NCBI RefSeq assembly: GCF_963921235.1
Contig: NC_086108.1
Location: 22,134,001-22,198,000 of the forward strand
Source: Mobula hypostoma
Lineage: Eukaryota
Direction of reading: 5' to 3'
DNA length: 64,000 nt
The position numbers were made by a program, and so were the translations under genes. Below are positions 1 to 13,738 of the stretch, one piece after another (the stretch's first letter is position 1; each line of letters begins with the position of its first letter). The notes below the pieces were generated by a model, which searched no databases, had not been told where the DNA came from, and saw only the letters and a program-made list of their open reading frames with translations.

Positions 1-838
1 TATGTGGCAATGAATTCTATAGATTCACCACAATCTGGCTAAAGAAATTCCTTCTCATCTCTGTTCTAAGTGGAGATCCCTCTTTTCTGAGGTTCTGTTC
101 TCTGGTCCCAGACACTCACTATAGGAAGCATCCTCTCCACCTCCACTCAGTCTCGCCCTTTCATTATTCAACAGGTTTCAATAAGATCTCTCCTCATGCT
201 TTTAAACTCTAGCAAGTACAGGTACAAAGCTGTCAAATGCTCCTCACTTGTTAACCTTTTCGTATCAAGAGCCATTGTTGTGAATCTCCTCTGGGCCCTC
301 TCCAGTACCAGCATATTTTTTCTTTGAAAGGGTCCCAAGATTGCTCACAATGCTCCAAATGTGGTCTGACCAGTGCCTTATAAAGCCTCATATTGCATCT
401 ATGTTTTTATTTTCTAATCCTCTCGAAATAAATGCGAACATTACATTTCATTTCCTTACTACTGACTTAACCTTACAAGTTAATCTTTAGAAAATTCTAC
501 ACAGACTCCCAAGTCCCTATACACCTCTGATTTTTGAATTTCCTCCCTGTTTAGCCTTTATTCCTTCTACCAAAGTACATGACCATACACTTCTCTACAC
601 TATATTCCATCTGCTCTTTCTTTGCCCATTCTCCCAATTTGTTTAAGACCTTCTACATATTCCGTGCTTCCTCAACATTACCTGCCCTTCCACCTGCCTT
701 TGTATAGTCCACAAACTTGGCCACAAAGCCATCAATTCTGTCATCCAAATCATTGATATATAACATGAAAAGTGGTCCCAGTACCGACTTCTGTGGAACA
801 CCACTTGTCACCAGCAGCAAACCAAAATAGGCCCCCTT
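1..838 (-). mobile_element. CR1-type LINE, decayed RT/3' fragment (runs off the window start)
   Basis: Closely resembles the CR1 copy at 17345-18400 (RT C-terminal region and GVPQ-like segment on the minus strand). Confidence 0.85.
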
Positions 839-839
839 T

Positions 840-1606
840 CAGGTCATTGTTTAATTGGGGCAGCCGCTTAATTAGAACAACCCTTAAAATATAAAAACTA
901 ATTGAAAAAATAGCTGGGATTTCCTTCATTTATTTGGGACAATATGCTGCTTAATTGGGACAGCAGATTTGCTGAACAATTCCTAACTATCGTCAGTTGC
1001 CTGCACATGAGTGGCCATTAGATACTACACTGCGATTGGAGCAAATAGTTTGTAACTTCCATTAGTAGCGTGTGTTTGTGTTCAAAAAGCAGTGATTTTT
1101 GTCACTGATAGTTGGCAAAGAATAAGCAGTAAGACAATTCAGAACCGTTTAGCTCACTGCAGTTTCAAGCTTCATGCCTGAAAATGCTAGAAATGGCTGT
1201 GAGTGAAGTTAACAAGTTAGGAACTACCTAAGCTGGGAAGAATTTGAAGGTACCATCGATCATCTTGAATGTTAGAATAAAGTTGAAGATTTGGAAGATG
1301 CATTTGTCAGAAGCATTGTATGAAGGTAGTCCATTATCTGCTAAGTGTTTGCGCTGATTTTCTTCATTTACAGCCTATTCTCCTTTGATAACTAATACAC
1401 AGCTTTATAGTACAGTAGTAGTATTGGCAATGTTCTAATTTGTTCTGTATTACATTTAAATACATAATTTGTTGCTCAGTTAAATGTAGTTTGTCTTTTT
1501 TAATGCATTTTTAACTAATTCAATGTAACTTAGGCTAACTGGCGCAGCCACTTAATTGAACCAAAATGTGCTGGTCTGATGTGTCCTGGTTAACTGGAAT
1601 CCACTG
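840..1606. mobile_element. Probable pogo/Tigger-like DNA transposon remnant
   Basis: Ends ...ttaactggaatccactg|ta, a CAGT-type terminus with TA; repeated subterminal motif gcttaattggg-like near 850, 950 and 1550. The left terminus was not seen. Confidence 0.45.
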
Positions 1607-1764
1607 TATTATTTTCTAACAGACAAGTACAATCATTAATGGTTCTACTCTTCATTATCTCTTAAATCTCTTGTGTTTGTTTATAGAATAGGATTGGTAA
1701 AACTGAAGTTTTTATTTGTTCTATGTGATGCATTTTACCATGAATTATTTATTGTTCTTTGCAG

Positions 1765-1918
1765 GTCTCGTGCTTTACCAAAATTGAAAGAATCTCATTC
1801 GCATGAATCCCTGCTGAGCCCTAGCAGTGCAATCGAGACATTGGAATTAAGCATGGAGCAGGATGTCTTTATTAAACCTTTGCACAGTAGTATCCTGGGG
1901 CAAGACTTCTGCTTTGAG
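1765..1918 (+). CDS. RASAL2: RASAL2 internal exon (PH domain region), 154 bp
   Basis: Acceptor ttctttgcag| at 1764, donor |gtacag at 1919. Reads (R)[51 protein letters not shown], with the SynGAP-family motifs SHESLLSP and [12 protein letters not shown]. Ends in phase 0. Confidence 0.95.
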
Positions 1919-3090
1919 GTACAGTTTTATCATCTAACTAGGTTTTATCTGGGATCAGAAGTATGGTGCATTTTATAAGGCTACGAATGACTCAGAATTA
2001 AATTGTGATACAACAGAACTTAAATGCCTGTTTGTGTCATAGGTGATTTACAAAACACATTATTCACCAGCATAGTTGAGCAGGTAAATTTTGTAGCTCT
2101 CATAATTTATGAATTTAATTTAACTTGAATTCTGCAAGTCGTCTTTAAGTATAGATGAAGTAACTGAGAATTTCAGTCATCTAGTTCTTTAGTCCCCGTG
2201 GTGGACTGGAATGTGATTGTGACTATCTCTGGGTCAAATTGCATCAATCTGGAAATTTGAGCTGCATTTTCTGAACATGTAGCACCTTTGTTCACCTGGC
2301 ACACTTTTCATTTCACTTGTGCAAGGAATGACTTAATTTGGAGTGTATCCCAAGAAATTAGGTCACTTTCCCCAGAGTGCCCATTGCTGGCCATTCTGAG
2401 AATAATTATGTTTTCAGAGCACTACTGCCTAAGGGGAGTCTCCTGGAGCAGATCCTAGGCAAGTTTCCTCTTGTTTGAAATTTAATTGCTGTCTGAGGCA
2501 GTGAGGAACAGCCAGCTGTAGCATTGCTGTCCCTTCCCACATCCTTCATTGTACCAAATACCTCCTCCCCATAAACATGCGTTTCTAATATGCCAGACTT
2601 CTCCCTTACCAAACAATGCACTGTTCCCACACCAATATTTGATATCAAACCTTACCCCCCACCCTTAAACAAGCTCTAACTTCCACCCTCCATTTTCTAA
2701 CCACTGCCAATTTCTCTCTTTCCCTCTCTTCCCCTCCTGCAATTACTTTAATGAATGACCACCAGCAGAGAGACATCCCAAAGAGAGCATGCTCCTGTGT
2801 ACCACATATGAGATAGATGCTGACTGTGGCATGGCTATGATTTGGGAATTTGCAAACCTTTTACTAAAGCACAAGGAGCTTGTGGTTTCCTGTTTCTCAG
2901 TCGCAGGCTCCACCATGAGCTGGATAGATTTTTAAAATTTTTCTCCACAATCTGTAATCACTTACCTATTTGGTAGGTATAAGGAACATTTTCTGTGAGC
3001 AGGAATCGGTCCCGGAATTTACTGTTGCATACTATTTGGATATACAATGGCTGCACTTTTGGTGCCACTTATAACTATACTTAGGGTATA

Positions 3091-3268
3091 AACACAAGAG
3101 AATCTGCAGATGCTGGAAATCCAGAGCAACAAACTCAAAATGTTGGAGGAACTCAGCAGGTCAGGCAGCACCTATAGAGAGGAATAAACTGTTCTGTTGA
3201 AATGTCTCGACCAAAACATTGACCGTTTATTCCTCTCCACGGATGCTGCCTTACCTGTTAAGTTCCTT
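3091..3268. repeat. Inverted pair of Penelope terminal-repeat fragments
   Basis: ggaactcagcaggtcaggcagcacctatagagaggaataaac (about 3148-3190) is the imperfect reverse complement of gtttattcctctccacggatgctgccttacctgttaagttcc (about 3225-3266); same family as the repeat attached to the GIY-YIG element at 37159-37292. Confidence 0.75.
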
Positions 3269-6200
3269 TAACAAGGTAGTTACATTTCAGCTGATGATTC
3301 ATGTTAAGCAACGCAAGCTCATCTATAAATCACTGCCAGTCCTTTATGTTTATTAAAAGAAATATTTAAGTTCCTAGTTTTAACATTTGATTTTTCGTGG
3401 CATTAAACAGTCATTGAGAATGATGTTAATGATTCATGTTCATTAATTCTGAAATATCTACAATGTTCCTGACTTGGTCACAAGTCTAATAGCTTTCATT
3501 GTAAAAGTCTGATGTTTTGAAATTCTGATGAATTGACCAACTTTTAATCTATGGCTGCATTATGAAATGAGATGACATTTTTTGCTGATTATGCATCAAG
3601 TGGTGTTACTAATTGTTTTTGAAAGGACAAGGCTTCCCCTCAAGAGAGGGGAAATCTTACTGCCTTTAATTGAAGCCTGGAAACTCAGATGGAGTTATTT
3701 GTCCTGAGGAGACCAAAATCAGGTAACTTTTTAAATCAAGTGTGTTAAGTATACAGCTGTCAAGAAAGAAGCACTGTAAATTTTTTGGATAAATATGAAC
3801 AATTTTAGTTTAACATATTGTCTAGGTCAACTGAAAGACAGACAGGAAGTAGCTACCGGTAAGCAGGAATTAAGTTTTCCTTTTGAGTAAATTCAATTTG
3901 ATAGGAACAAATTAAATCTGATGAGAAAGAATTGGGTCATTGCCTTCTTTGGAAGTGATCCCTGCTTTAGGAGCTTGTGCCATGTCCTGAAACATGTTAA
4001 ATCCAAATATTATTGTTGATCGTGTTTAAAATTTCAGTAAAGTTATATATATTACCCAATATTTAAAGGAGATTTGAACTTGGTGAATGATTTCTGAGAT
4101 TTTTTTTAAGTAGTTATGACTACAATTTTAATATACAAGGAATCTCCGAAATTTTCTTATAGACTAATTGTCATGTCTGCCTCGAGAGACTGGATTTGCA
4201 GTATAACTCACAGCATATAACTATTTCAAGCTGTAAGTACAGTCAGTGAGAGTAGGAGCGCACAGAATTCATATGCAACATGTTGGTGGAGCAGGTGATT
4301 TTATTAATTTGCAGTTTTACCTCAAAGCCTTTACCCTTTTAACGTTAATACAATCACCGGCTCCTTACTCCCAATACTTATCTGCAACTAAGCAAGTTGT
4401 GGTTATCTGCTAGAGAGTGCAAGCTTTTGGTGAGCTCTCAAGGCAGGTTGTTACCAGACTAACCTACCAGCCTGGTGACCCTGAGTGATGCATTTCTAAT
4501 CTCTCACAATTGAAATCCCTTATGTATCAAAGGCACAAACTTCAATTCCATTCTTCATTTTGCAGCACCAGATGTCCTGTATCCCCTTTCACTTCTGGTT
4601 GGAACTCCACTGTCACATAGAAACATGGATTTACAAATCGTTTTCAGAGATCATTACAAATGATAATGCAGAAACTGAATCGCATCCTGTGATCCCATGT
4701 ATCTCAAGCTCATAATCTACAGCAGCACGAGTAACTCTATAGCCGCAAATTCTGGTTCAAGATGATGGAGTTTGCTGCTGACCTTAAGGAGGATTGCCAG
4801 CAGATGAAATCATCTTTTTGATGTGCCATTCCTCCTTCCAACTGGATCTCTGCCATCTAGAACAGTCATATCAACAAGCAGTTTTACTAAAGAATTCCTT
4901 CTATAAAGCTAACAAGTGAAGAGGACCAAATATTTTACATTTTACAGAAAGAAAGAATTGGAGACTAGAAATTTCTTAATACCACTGCATAAGGAAAGAG
5001 ATTGTATAACTGAAAGGAGACATAATCTGGAGGAGAGCAACATTATGTCTGGGTGGGATTTCTGTTACAGTGAGGTGATCAGTGTTAACTCGAGATCTTT
5101 AAAAAATCAAGGTCTTCATGCAAAGACAAAAAGTTCAAGACAATTGAAAACTAGGGACTGCTACAAGAGTTTAGGACATATTCACACAAGGTGTGCTAAT
5201 CTACAGTATGTGCAAAGCCACTGATGTTGGTATCCTCTTTCTCAAACCATTCCGTAATCACCCCTCTCTCCTCAGCTGTTCTCCCCCTAACCCACTTGCA
5301 GCTGAAGAGTTGGAGAGTAATAGAAGATGGTGGGGTGTGGTGGGAGAGGAAAGATCTACAGTCTGAGATTCATAACCTTCACAGTTCACTGCTGAATGTT
5401 GTAATTGGAAGCTTACCCATGTTGCATGCTCAGTGAGGGAAGAATATATGTGCATTTCCTTCAGACCACAAGATTAGGAAGAGAGGATGGGTGGGTTGGA
5501 AGGTGGTTGGTGCTTGCAATGTGAATATTCATTGATTTTGCCCCCACTCACCTACCCCAATCGTTGTACTATTCAGTCATTAAGTAGAAGCACACCTCTG
5601 AAGCTGGAAGAATCTTGGTTGTAATTTGGTATGTTCCTTAAGAGTAGCTTGCAAAATTGCAGCTGTTCTGCTAGCTTTCTGCAGCAGTGAGAATTGTTAA
5701 TAGATCAATAGAGTAATGCCACACTGAAATGAACACACTACAGTGTTACACTGAGAAACCTGATAATCTTTGCAAGACTTCCACAAATAGTGCTGGAAGG
5801 CATGATAGCAATTTCTAGGCTGAGGATTAAAGTCAAAGCTGAAAAAGATATATTAAATTATTTTTAAATATAATTTTGAGAGGATAAGCCTGAAAGAATA
5901 AGTGCTGAACTACAAGACACAGGTTTTTGTTTGACTTGAAGGATAACAGCACAATATGCTGTTTAACAAAGAATGTTTTCAGTATTCATACACAGTTGAA
6001 GTTCTTGTCAATACATTGATTCTGCTTATTGTAGAAGATTTCAACTGAGCAATTTCTGGATTCCTGAATTTACTGCTTCACTGTGCATATTTTTTGTCAC
6101 AATTTCTTCTACTGTTGACTTCACTGTTATTCTCAACACAGATTTTGTGCCCCTTTTTATTCCTGCAGTTTTTGTTTAGTTACCTTTTTGAAGACACTGA

Positions 6201-6504
6201 ATTCTGGGAGAGTGTAATATGGGTGCTTTTTGAAGTTTCTGCTCTTTTTTGTGTGAATTTTTAAATGAAGTTTTAATGCAGCGAAGCTTACAATAGGATC
6301 CACTAAATGTACAAGCACTCACTGGACATTAGGGATTCATTTTTTAATTGATCATCAGACTCTGGTACCTCTACTAACAACTTTATGTGAAATGTCAGTC
6401 ATACTGACTGGACTTTGAGTTCCATATTTATACAAATATTGCATTCACACAGATTAGTGAGATATGAACTTGTATTTCAATGACTTTTGCTCATACGAAG
6501 ACCA

Positions 6505-6952
6505 TAGAACAGTACAGCACAGAAACAAGGCCTTTGGACCACAGTGCTTTGCTGAACTAATTAATCTATAATTATATTAATCCCTTCTACATAAATGAGG
6601 TCCATATCCCTCCATTGCTGCACACACATCGGCCTATCTAAGAGCCTCTTGAGCACCTCTGTCATATTTGCTTCCACTACCACTTCTGGCGACATGTTCC
6701 AGGTACCCACCACTCTGTTTTAAAAAAAACTTTCCCACACATCTTTGAATTTACCCCATCTCACCTTAAATACATGACCTCAGGTATTTAGACATTTTGG
6801 CTCTGGGGAAAAAGATACCAGCTGTCTATCTCTACCTCTGATAATCTTATAAACTTCTGTCAGATCTCCCCTCAGCCTGCACTGCTCCAGAGAGAGTAAA
6901 GAAGAATCTCTCCTTATGGCATATGCCCTCTAATGCAGGTAGTTCCCTGGTA
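6505..6952 (-). mobile_element. CR1-type LINE 3' tail fragment
   Basis: accatagaacagtacagcacagaaac-type tail followed by degenerate RT C-terminal sequence. Confidence 0.7.
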
Positions 6953-8194
6953 AAATACTGCATTTATACCATTATTATGTGAGAGAAAATATATTTGATG
7001 TTGATAAGCCTGACATCAGCAAGGTTCAATATTCAATTTTTAAGTCAGCTGACCTCTTGTGGAAATCCAGTTGAAGTACTTGAATACTTTTTTAAAATCG
7101 ACTTTTCTGTGCAAAGGAAGAACTGCATTGTTCGAGGTATGAATCATTGATTGAGACATTCAGTGAAAGCTCCTAGTCAAAGATCCTCATGTAAAAATTC
7201 AAAGAACTGGAATGCTGTTCTGGCCACATATACCTTTTGTTCATGCCACTCAAGAAACTACGAAACTGAGTGGTCTGGTTTTTATGGGATTCTGATTGGA
7301 AGACATGAGTTGCTATACTGAACATTAGAGGCTAGTAGTAACTTCAAATGTAGAAGTGGCTTGCACTTTGTACTTTGAGAAGCCTCGTTGATATGAAAGC
7401 TGTTGCAGAAAACAGCCTATATAAATAACTGATCTTTCATGCTAATTGTCCCCATCCCAAATTGTTCAATCTTGTGTGCTATGACTTTACAACCACTGGC
7501 TGCTTTTCAGATTGTATGCATATAACCATGGAACATTTGGGGACTTTTTCATCCACTGATTGCAAAAGAACAAATGGAAGTAAACATCTGTGAGCTAATT
7601 ACCTTTGTAGAAACAAGGCTGCATTGTAACCAAAGCTGGGAACTATATATTTGAATCCAAATATTCTACATTGAAGAAAAGGAGACAAAAAGGAATAGGG
7701 ATAGTGTAGCATTATTTGTAAGGGAGGAGATCAGTGCACTGACAGAAAATAATCTTAGCTTGACGGATCATGATGTAAAACTGAATCAATTTGCTGTAGG
7801 CTAAGACATCCCAAAGGGAGAAAACATGGTAGGAATTATTTAGCAACCACTAAACCTTCATAGAATCATAAAGTTGAGGTGCACATACTTGAATGTACAG
7901 GTGCAATGAAAAACCTACAGCAGTATCACAGGCACATAGCATCATATAGGCGGCATTCGCAAGAAAAATATGAATTAAACATAAATTATATACAATTTTT
8001 ACAAGAAAAAGTACAATTAGGACAAAAGAAAAAAAAACACCCCAGAGTGACTAGAATGCCCATGGTGTTGCTAAACTGTAGTGGTGATTAGAGTTTTTCT
8101 AGTTGGATCAAGAACCAAATGATTAAAGGGAAGTAGCTGTTCTTGAACCTGGTACTTCAGACTTCTATACCTTCTACCCAATGGTAGCTGGATA

Positions 8195-8715
8195 AGATTA
8201 TAGAGTCATAGAGCAATAAAACATGAATACAGGCCCTTTAGCCAACTATTCCATGTGAGCATGGAATTAATCCTAATTTCCTATGCTCAGCCTGTATCTC
8301 TTTAAACCCATCTCTGTGTATACCTATCCAAGTGCTTGTTGAATGATACTTCTTTGGGCAGCTCATTCCACATGCTATAACCTTCTGTGTGAGACGGTTG
8401 CCCTTTTAAATCCCTTTTAAATCTCCCCTCTACCTTATTTTATGCCTTTATGATTTTATAAACCTCTAATAAGATCACCCATCGTTCTACATTCCAACGT
8501 TGGCCAACCTCTTCCTACAGCTGAGGCCTTCTAGTCCTGGCAGTGTCCTTGTAAATCTTTAGTGCACCCTTTCCAGTTTAACTATGTTTTTCCTCTAACA
8601 AGGTGACCAAAACTGAACATAGTACTGAAAATGTGCCCTCACCCAACAACTTGTACAACTGCAAATCATGTCTTAACTCCGATACAAAATGCCTTGACTG
8701 TTGAAGGCCAGCATG
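8195..8715 (-). mobile_element. CR1-type LINE 3' fragment
   Basis: atagagtcatagag tail; gaccaaaactgaacatagtact corresponds to the EYCVQFWSP-like segment on the minus strand. Confidence 0.7.
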
Positions 8716-9545
8716 CTAAACTCCTTTTCCACACACTCTAAATCAAAATTGCTATGATTATGTCAAAGATGAATTCATGGAGTGTATTCACTTTTCCTAA
8801 TTAATATGTTGAGGAATGACTGAGAGGGAAAAATGTTGGTTTGAATCGTGTTTTGTGCAAGAAGAAATTGATTACAGAATAATTCTGTTGACAAGAGCCT
8901 TTGGGGAATTGATAGTAATGGAAAAGAATTGATAATAAATTTGAAAGTTAAACTTGTGCAATTTCAGTGTGAAACTATGGCAAACTAATGAAGCTTTGAA
9001 GGCATAATAGGAGAGTTGGCTGTGGTTGATTGAGAGAATACATTGAATGTTGTGATATCAACTCGGTAGCTCTGGGCATTTAGTTCAAAAATTGCCCAAG
9101 AATTGGATGCATTAAGAACTGTGCTGAGGAGGACAGTTGGACAAGTGTGAGAAAATAGGTTATAGGAAGTAAATGAGGGAAGGACATTGGTGGGATTGAA
9201 TTGGGAGATGGCAGAGGCACAATTTGCTGAATAGCCTGCAGGCCATCCCTGGATTAAGATCACTTGACTTAGGGACACCTGACAAACAAACAAGCTCCCA
9301 TAATATTATTAAATTCAGACGCCCAATGTATATGCTCGTTCCAACAAATAGCAGAAACAGAAACACTTTCTCTCTCCACTCATAGTTACTGTTCTTTCTT
9401 ATCAGTCTTTGTGCTTTTGATGCTGTTTATTACCGTACCATGGAGTTCTGGTTACCATATTGAATGACTTTTGTGTACTTTCTTATTTATGGACAAAATT
9501 GACTTATTTTGAACAATATTGTAGAAACAGAACCTGTTTATTATG

Positions 9546-9644
9546 GCAACATACATCAAAGTTGCTGGTGAACGCAGCAGGCCAAGCAGCATCTATAGGA
9601 AGAGGCGCAGTCGACGTTTCAGGCCGAGACCCTTCGTCAGGACT
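9546..9644 (-). mobile_element. 99-bp Penelope terminal-repeat-derived insertion flanked by a 12-bp direct repeat
   Basis: ctgtttattatg at 9534-9545 and 9645-9656; interior closely matches 29303-29392 in the opposite orientation. Confidence 0.85.
9608..9644 (-). ncRNA. Minimal type-I hammerhead ribozyme motif, intact core
   Basis: Minus strand reads AGTC CTGACGA AGG gtctcgg CCT GAAA CGTC GACT(G): stem I AGTC/GACT, core CUGAnGA, stem II AGG/CCT, GAAA, palindromic ACGU stem III and a GUC cleavage triplet. Confidence 0.75.
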
Positions 9645-9669
9645 CTGTTTATTATGTGAAGCCAGCAGT

Positions 9670-10940
9670 TCTCTCTTCAGGTATTGGACTGTTGGAAAAT
9701 AAGGCTTGAGAGATAGTAATTGGGGGGGACAAAGAAATGGCAGAAGAACTTTCGAAGTACTTTGCGTCTGCCTTCTCCATGGAAGACATTCAAGAGTTTC
9801 GGGGCAGAAGTAAGTATAGTTGTTACCACTAAAGCGAAGGTGCTTGGAAGCTGAAAAGTGTGAAGTCACCTGGACCAGATAGCCTACATCCCCGAGTTCT
9901 GAAAGAGGTAGCTGAAGACATTTTAGATACATTAGTAGTGGTCTTTCAAGCAGCACTAGATTCTGGAATAGTTCCAAAAGACTGGAAAATTGGAAACATC
10001 ACACCACTCTTCAAGAAGAGAGCAAGGCAGAAGAAAGGAAATTATAGGTAAGTTAGCCTGTGATTGGGAAGATGTTGGAGTCCATTATTAAGGAAGAGAT
10101 TTCTGGGTACTTGGAGGCACATGATAAAATAATTAGGTCAAAGTCAGTTTGATTTCCTTCAGGGGAACTTTATATAGTGCAGGGAAGTGTATAGTCATGC
10201 ACATTGGTAAAAGAGATAAAGGTGTAGACTATTTTCTAAATGAGGAGAAAATTTATAAATCAGAGGTACAAAGGGACTTTGAAGTCGTCGTGCAGGATTG
10301 CCTGAAGGTTAACTTGTAGGTTGAATTGCTGGAAAGAAAGGCAAATGCAATGTTAGCATTCATTTCAAGAAGGCTGGAATATAAAAGCAAGAATGTTATG
10401 CTGAGGCTTTATAAGGCACTAGCCAGACCACACTTAGAGTGTAGTGAGCAATCTTGACCTCTTATCTAAGAAAATATGTGCTGGTGTTAGAGAGACTCCA
10501 GAGGAGGTTCATGAGAATGATTTAGGTGCTGAAAGGGTTAACATATGAGGAGTGCTTGATGGCTCTGCCTTAACTCGCTGGAGTTGAGAAGAATGAGGAG
10601 GGGGGAAATCTCACTGAAACCTATCGAATATTGAAAACCCTAGATAGGGTGGATATGGAGAGGATGTTTCCTGTAGTGGGGGAATCTGGGAGAAGAGGGC
10701 ACAACTTTGGAATAGAGGTATGTCCACTTAGATCAGGAGGAACTTCTTCAGCCAGTGTGTGGTGAATCTGGGGAATTCATTGCCACAGACAGCTGTGGAG
10801 GCCAAGTCATTGGGTATATTTAAAGTGGAAACGGATAGGTTCTTGATTAATCAGGGCACCAAATGTTACGTGGAGAAGGCAGGAGAATGAGGTTTAGAGG
10901 GATAATGGAATGGTGGAGTGGATGCAAATGGCTAAATTCT
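9670..10940 (+). mobile_element. CR1-type LINE, internally deleted ORF2 plus 3' tail
   Basis: KSPGPDSLHPRVLKEVAEDI...VPKDWKIGNITPLFKK...GNYR (9860-10051); RT C-terminal remnants; tail cctatgtcttatggtct. Confidence 0.88.
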
Positions 10941-11630
10941 GCTCCTATGTCTTATGGTCTGATATTCTCATGTCATAAGGAAATACAGAACGTAGATGCA
11001 GGCTGGTGAAGAACATTAAAACAACTTTTAAAAACTTCTGTGGGGAAATAAAAAGGAATGCAATCGTGCAGGCAAACAAAGCTCCTTTCAGACAAACAAA
11101 ACCTATAATGAGGAGTAAAGGCAGAAAAATTAAACATTTCCTTTTAGGGAAGTAAATACACAAACCCTGCCAAATACTTTGGACAATGAAGAAGTGAAGG
11201 AACAAAGATTTACTCACAAAAAATAGTACTGATGAAGGAGGCATGTTTAAAAACTGATAAATCCCATTGATGTGTATCCCAAAGTTTTAATGGTGTTGGC
11301 TTTTGATGATGTGAGTGCTCTGGTTATCAGGTTCTGAAGATTCTGTAATTGTCCCAAGGATCAGTGGCTAGCAAATCTGACCCCACATTTTAAGAGAGGA
11401 GGGAAAGAGAAAATAGGGAAATCTGGCTTGTTGGACTGACATCATGGTTAATTAAAATCTGGTATCTGCATTTAAGAATATCAGATGTCCAAAAGTAACC
11501 AGCGGAGTATAAACATAAGAAATTCTACAGATGTTGGAACTCTGGAGCAACACACAAAATGCTTGAGTAACTCAGCAGCATCTGTGGATTGGAATGAACA
11601 GTTGACATTTAGGGCTGAGGCACATCATCA

Positions 11631-11960
11631 GGACCATTTTATCAGGTACTTCCTGTACCTAATAAAGTTCATTGGATGTTTTTTGATTTTCGTACTATCC
11701 TCTGTAAAGTCCCCAGAAATCAGCAGTTTCTGAAATACTTAAACCACCCCATCTGGCAGCAACCATCATTCCATGGTCAAAGTCACTTAGATCACATTTC
11801 TTCCCCATTCCGATGATTGGGCTGAACAACAGCTGAACCTCTTGACCATGTCTGCATGATTTTATGCACTGAGTTGCTGCCACATGATTGGCTGATGAGA
11901 TATTTGCATTAACAAGCAGTTAGGTGTACAGAAGTAGCTGATGATGTGGTCTCTGCGTAT
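11631..11960 (-). mobile_element. Tc1-derived non-autonomous element (family of 15395-15937), partial
   Basis: gaccatgtctgcatgattttatgcactgagttgctgccacatgattggctga is shared with the other three copies. Confidence 0.75.
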
Positions 11961-11974
11961 ACATAGGTGTCCAT

Positions 11975-12940
11975 AAATTGAGTGTTCATAACATGGAGAT
12001 GGCCTATACCTTGTAAAGAATAAGATTTAGCAAAGTCCATGTGGTTAAGCAAGGAACATCCTATTCGACTAATTCTTTCAGGATGTGATAAGTAGAATAC
12101 ATAATAAGCTATATTGGATGAAATATAATTGGAATTTTGGAAGACATTTGATAAGGTCCTACATTGAAAGTTGGTCAACAAGGTTGTAAGGGATGAAGTT
12201 GCAGTTCATTTACTAACATGGACTGATGTGGACTGATAGAAGGAAGACGCTGGAATTAAGAACATTTCAGATTGACAAACTGCCAAGCACGCAAGGTTTG
12301 GTTCTTGTTCCCTAGCCTTTCACTGTCCATATCAACAATTTAGCTAAGATTCTCGTTGAGACAAAGCTAATAGAATTGGGAGTACAAAGAAGGTTGTAAA
12401 ATGCTTGAAGGGGGTGTGGATGAGCTGAGTGAATGAGTACGTTCACTGCAGATGGAATATAATGTGGAGAAACGAGGTCATTCACTTTTGTGCATATAAC
12501 AGAAAAGCAGAGTACTTGTTAAGTGATGAGAGATTTGATACTCAAATGGATCTGGTGTGCTATTGAAGGCTACCATACAGTGCAGAAAGCAATTAAGAGG
12601 CAAATGATAACCTTTAAAATGAGATGGTTTGATTACAGGGGTAAATAGATCTTGTTAATGTTCTTTTGAACTTGGGTCTGAGCTTCCAGGAAACTAAGAT
12701 TCTGATGCCTTTCACTGAATCCTTAGATATTTAGTAGTCTGGAGGGCGGAGCTGTAGAGGCTCAGATGTTGCGTTCATTCAAATCAGAAGTCAGTCAATA
12801 TCTGACCAGTAAAGAAATCAAGAGATATGGGAATTGTGATGGTCATGACTCTGAGGCAGGAGGCAAGCCTTGATCTTGATGAATGGTGGAGCAGTCTTCA
12901 GGGGCCAGAGGTCTATTCCTGCTTCTATCCTTGTGTTCTT
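11975..12940 (+). mobile_element. Old CR1-type LINE remnant
   Basis: Degenerate DFxKAFDKVP and WQMEYNV segments and a CR1-like tail. Confidence 0.55.
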
Positions 12941-13732
12941 AACTGAGTATCAGGCAAGTGCTGTTGTGAATTCCAAAGCAGGAGCGCTTTCTGAGCCTTG
13001 TGTGAAAAGTGCATCAATATACCAAAGAACTGCACAGCTCTGCGTAGTCCTTTTGAATGACCTTGAACAATAAGTGATTAATTATTCTACTCTGCCAGAA
13101 ATGATTGTGCTACTTGCGCATTGTCTTTCTTGAATGAACTTTCATGCCCTTGTTACCAAGCAGTCTGTAGAGAATACTATGAGTGACAGTGACATGAAAC
13201 AGCTGCAGATCAAGCCACACTTAGCATATTGAGTCTGTACACCTGTAGTGCATTCTTGCTAGCCTGGTCAAATCAGCAAGGTTGCTAAAAAATTGCATCA
13301 TCAACCTCCAGAAAACTAACATTCCAACACAGTACTCTGTTTTCCAAAATGTTTAAAATTTGCTAAAATGTGTAGTACATTTAAAGATCAGATTTGAGAA
13401 GGAAAACACTTTAGTAATCACTCCCTATTGCTTTCCCTCATTGGTAGTTGCCATTGGTGCTACTGTCCATTGTGAGCTGACAAATACTGCAGCATCTCCT
13501 AAGATCCATGGAAGAAATGCATCCTGGCTATCAACGTGAGATATATTGACACATTTATGTTGCTAACTGCAGCACTGGTGATTATACTTTACAAATGGCC
13601 CTCTTGTTTCAGAGCAATACTGCCTTTTAGCAATGAATACAAAATATTACTGCTGTGTTGTTTACCCTTCTCTCATTCCCTATGCTCTTCAAATGTTTAT
13701 TTTCTAATTTTCTTTCGCCTTGATTTCATAAG

Positions 13733-13738
13733 GAAATG
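13733..13738 (+). CDS. Candidate 6-nt microexon GAAATG (Glu-Met) of RASAL2
   Basis: Branch-like TTCTAAT (13702-13708), pyrimidine tract, no AG in 13631-13730, aag|GAAATG|gtaagt; frame-preserving between two phase-0 exons. Motif evidence only. Confidence 0.45.

Noticed and set aside
1673..1764. ORF-track N-terminal extensions ahead of exons (also at 33520, 50376, 53907)
   Set aside because: Intronic read-through upstream of the splice acceptors; not part of the protein.
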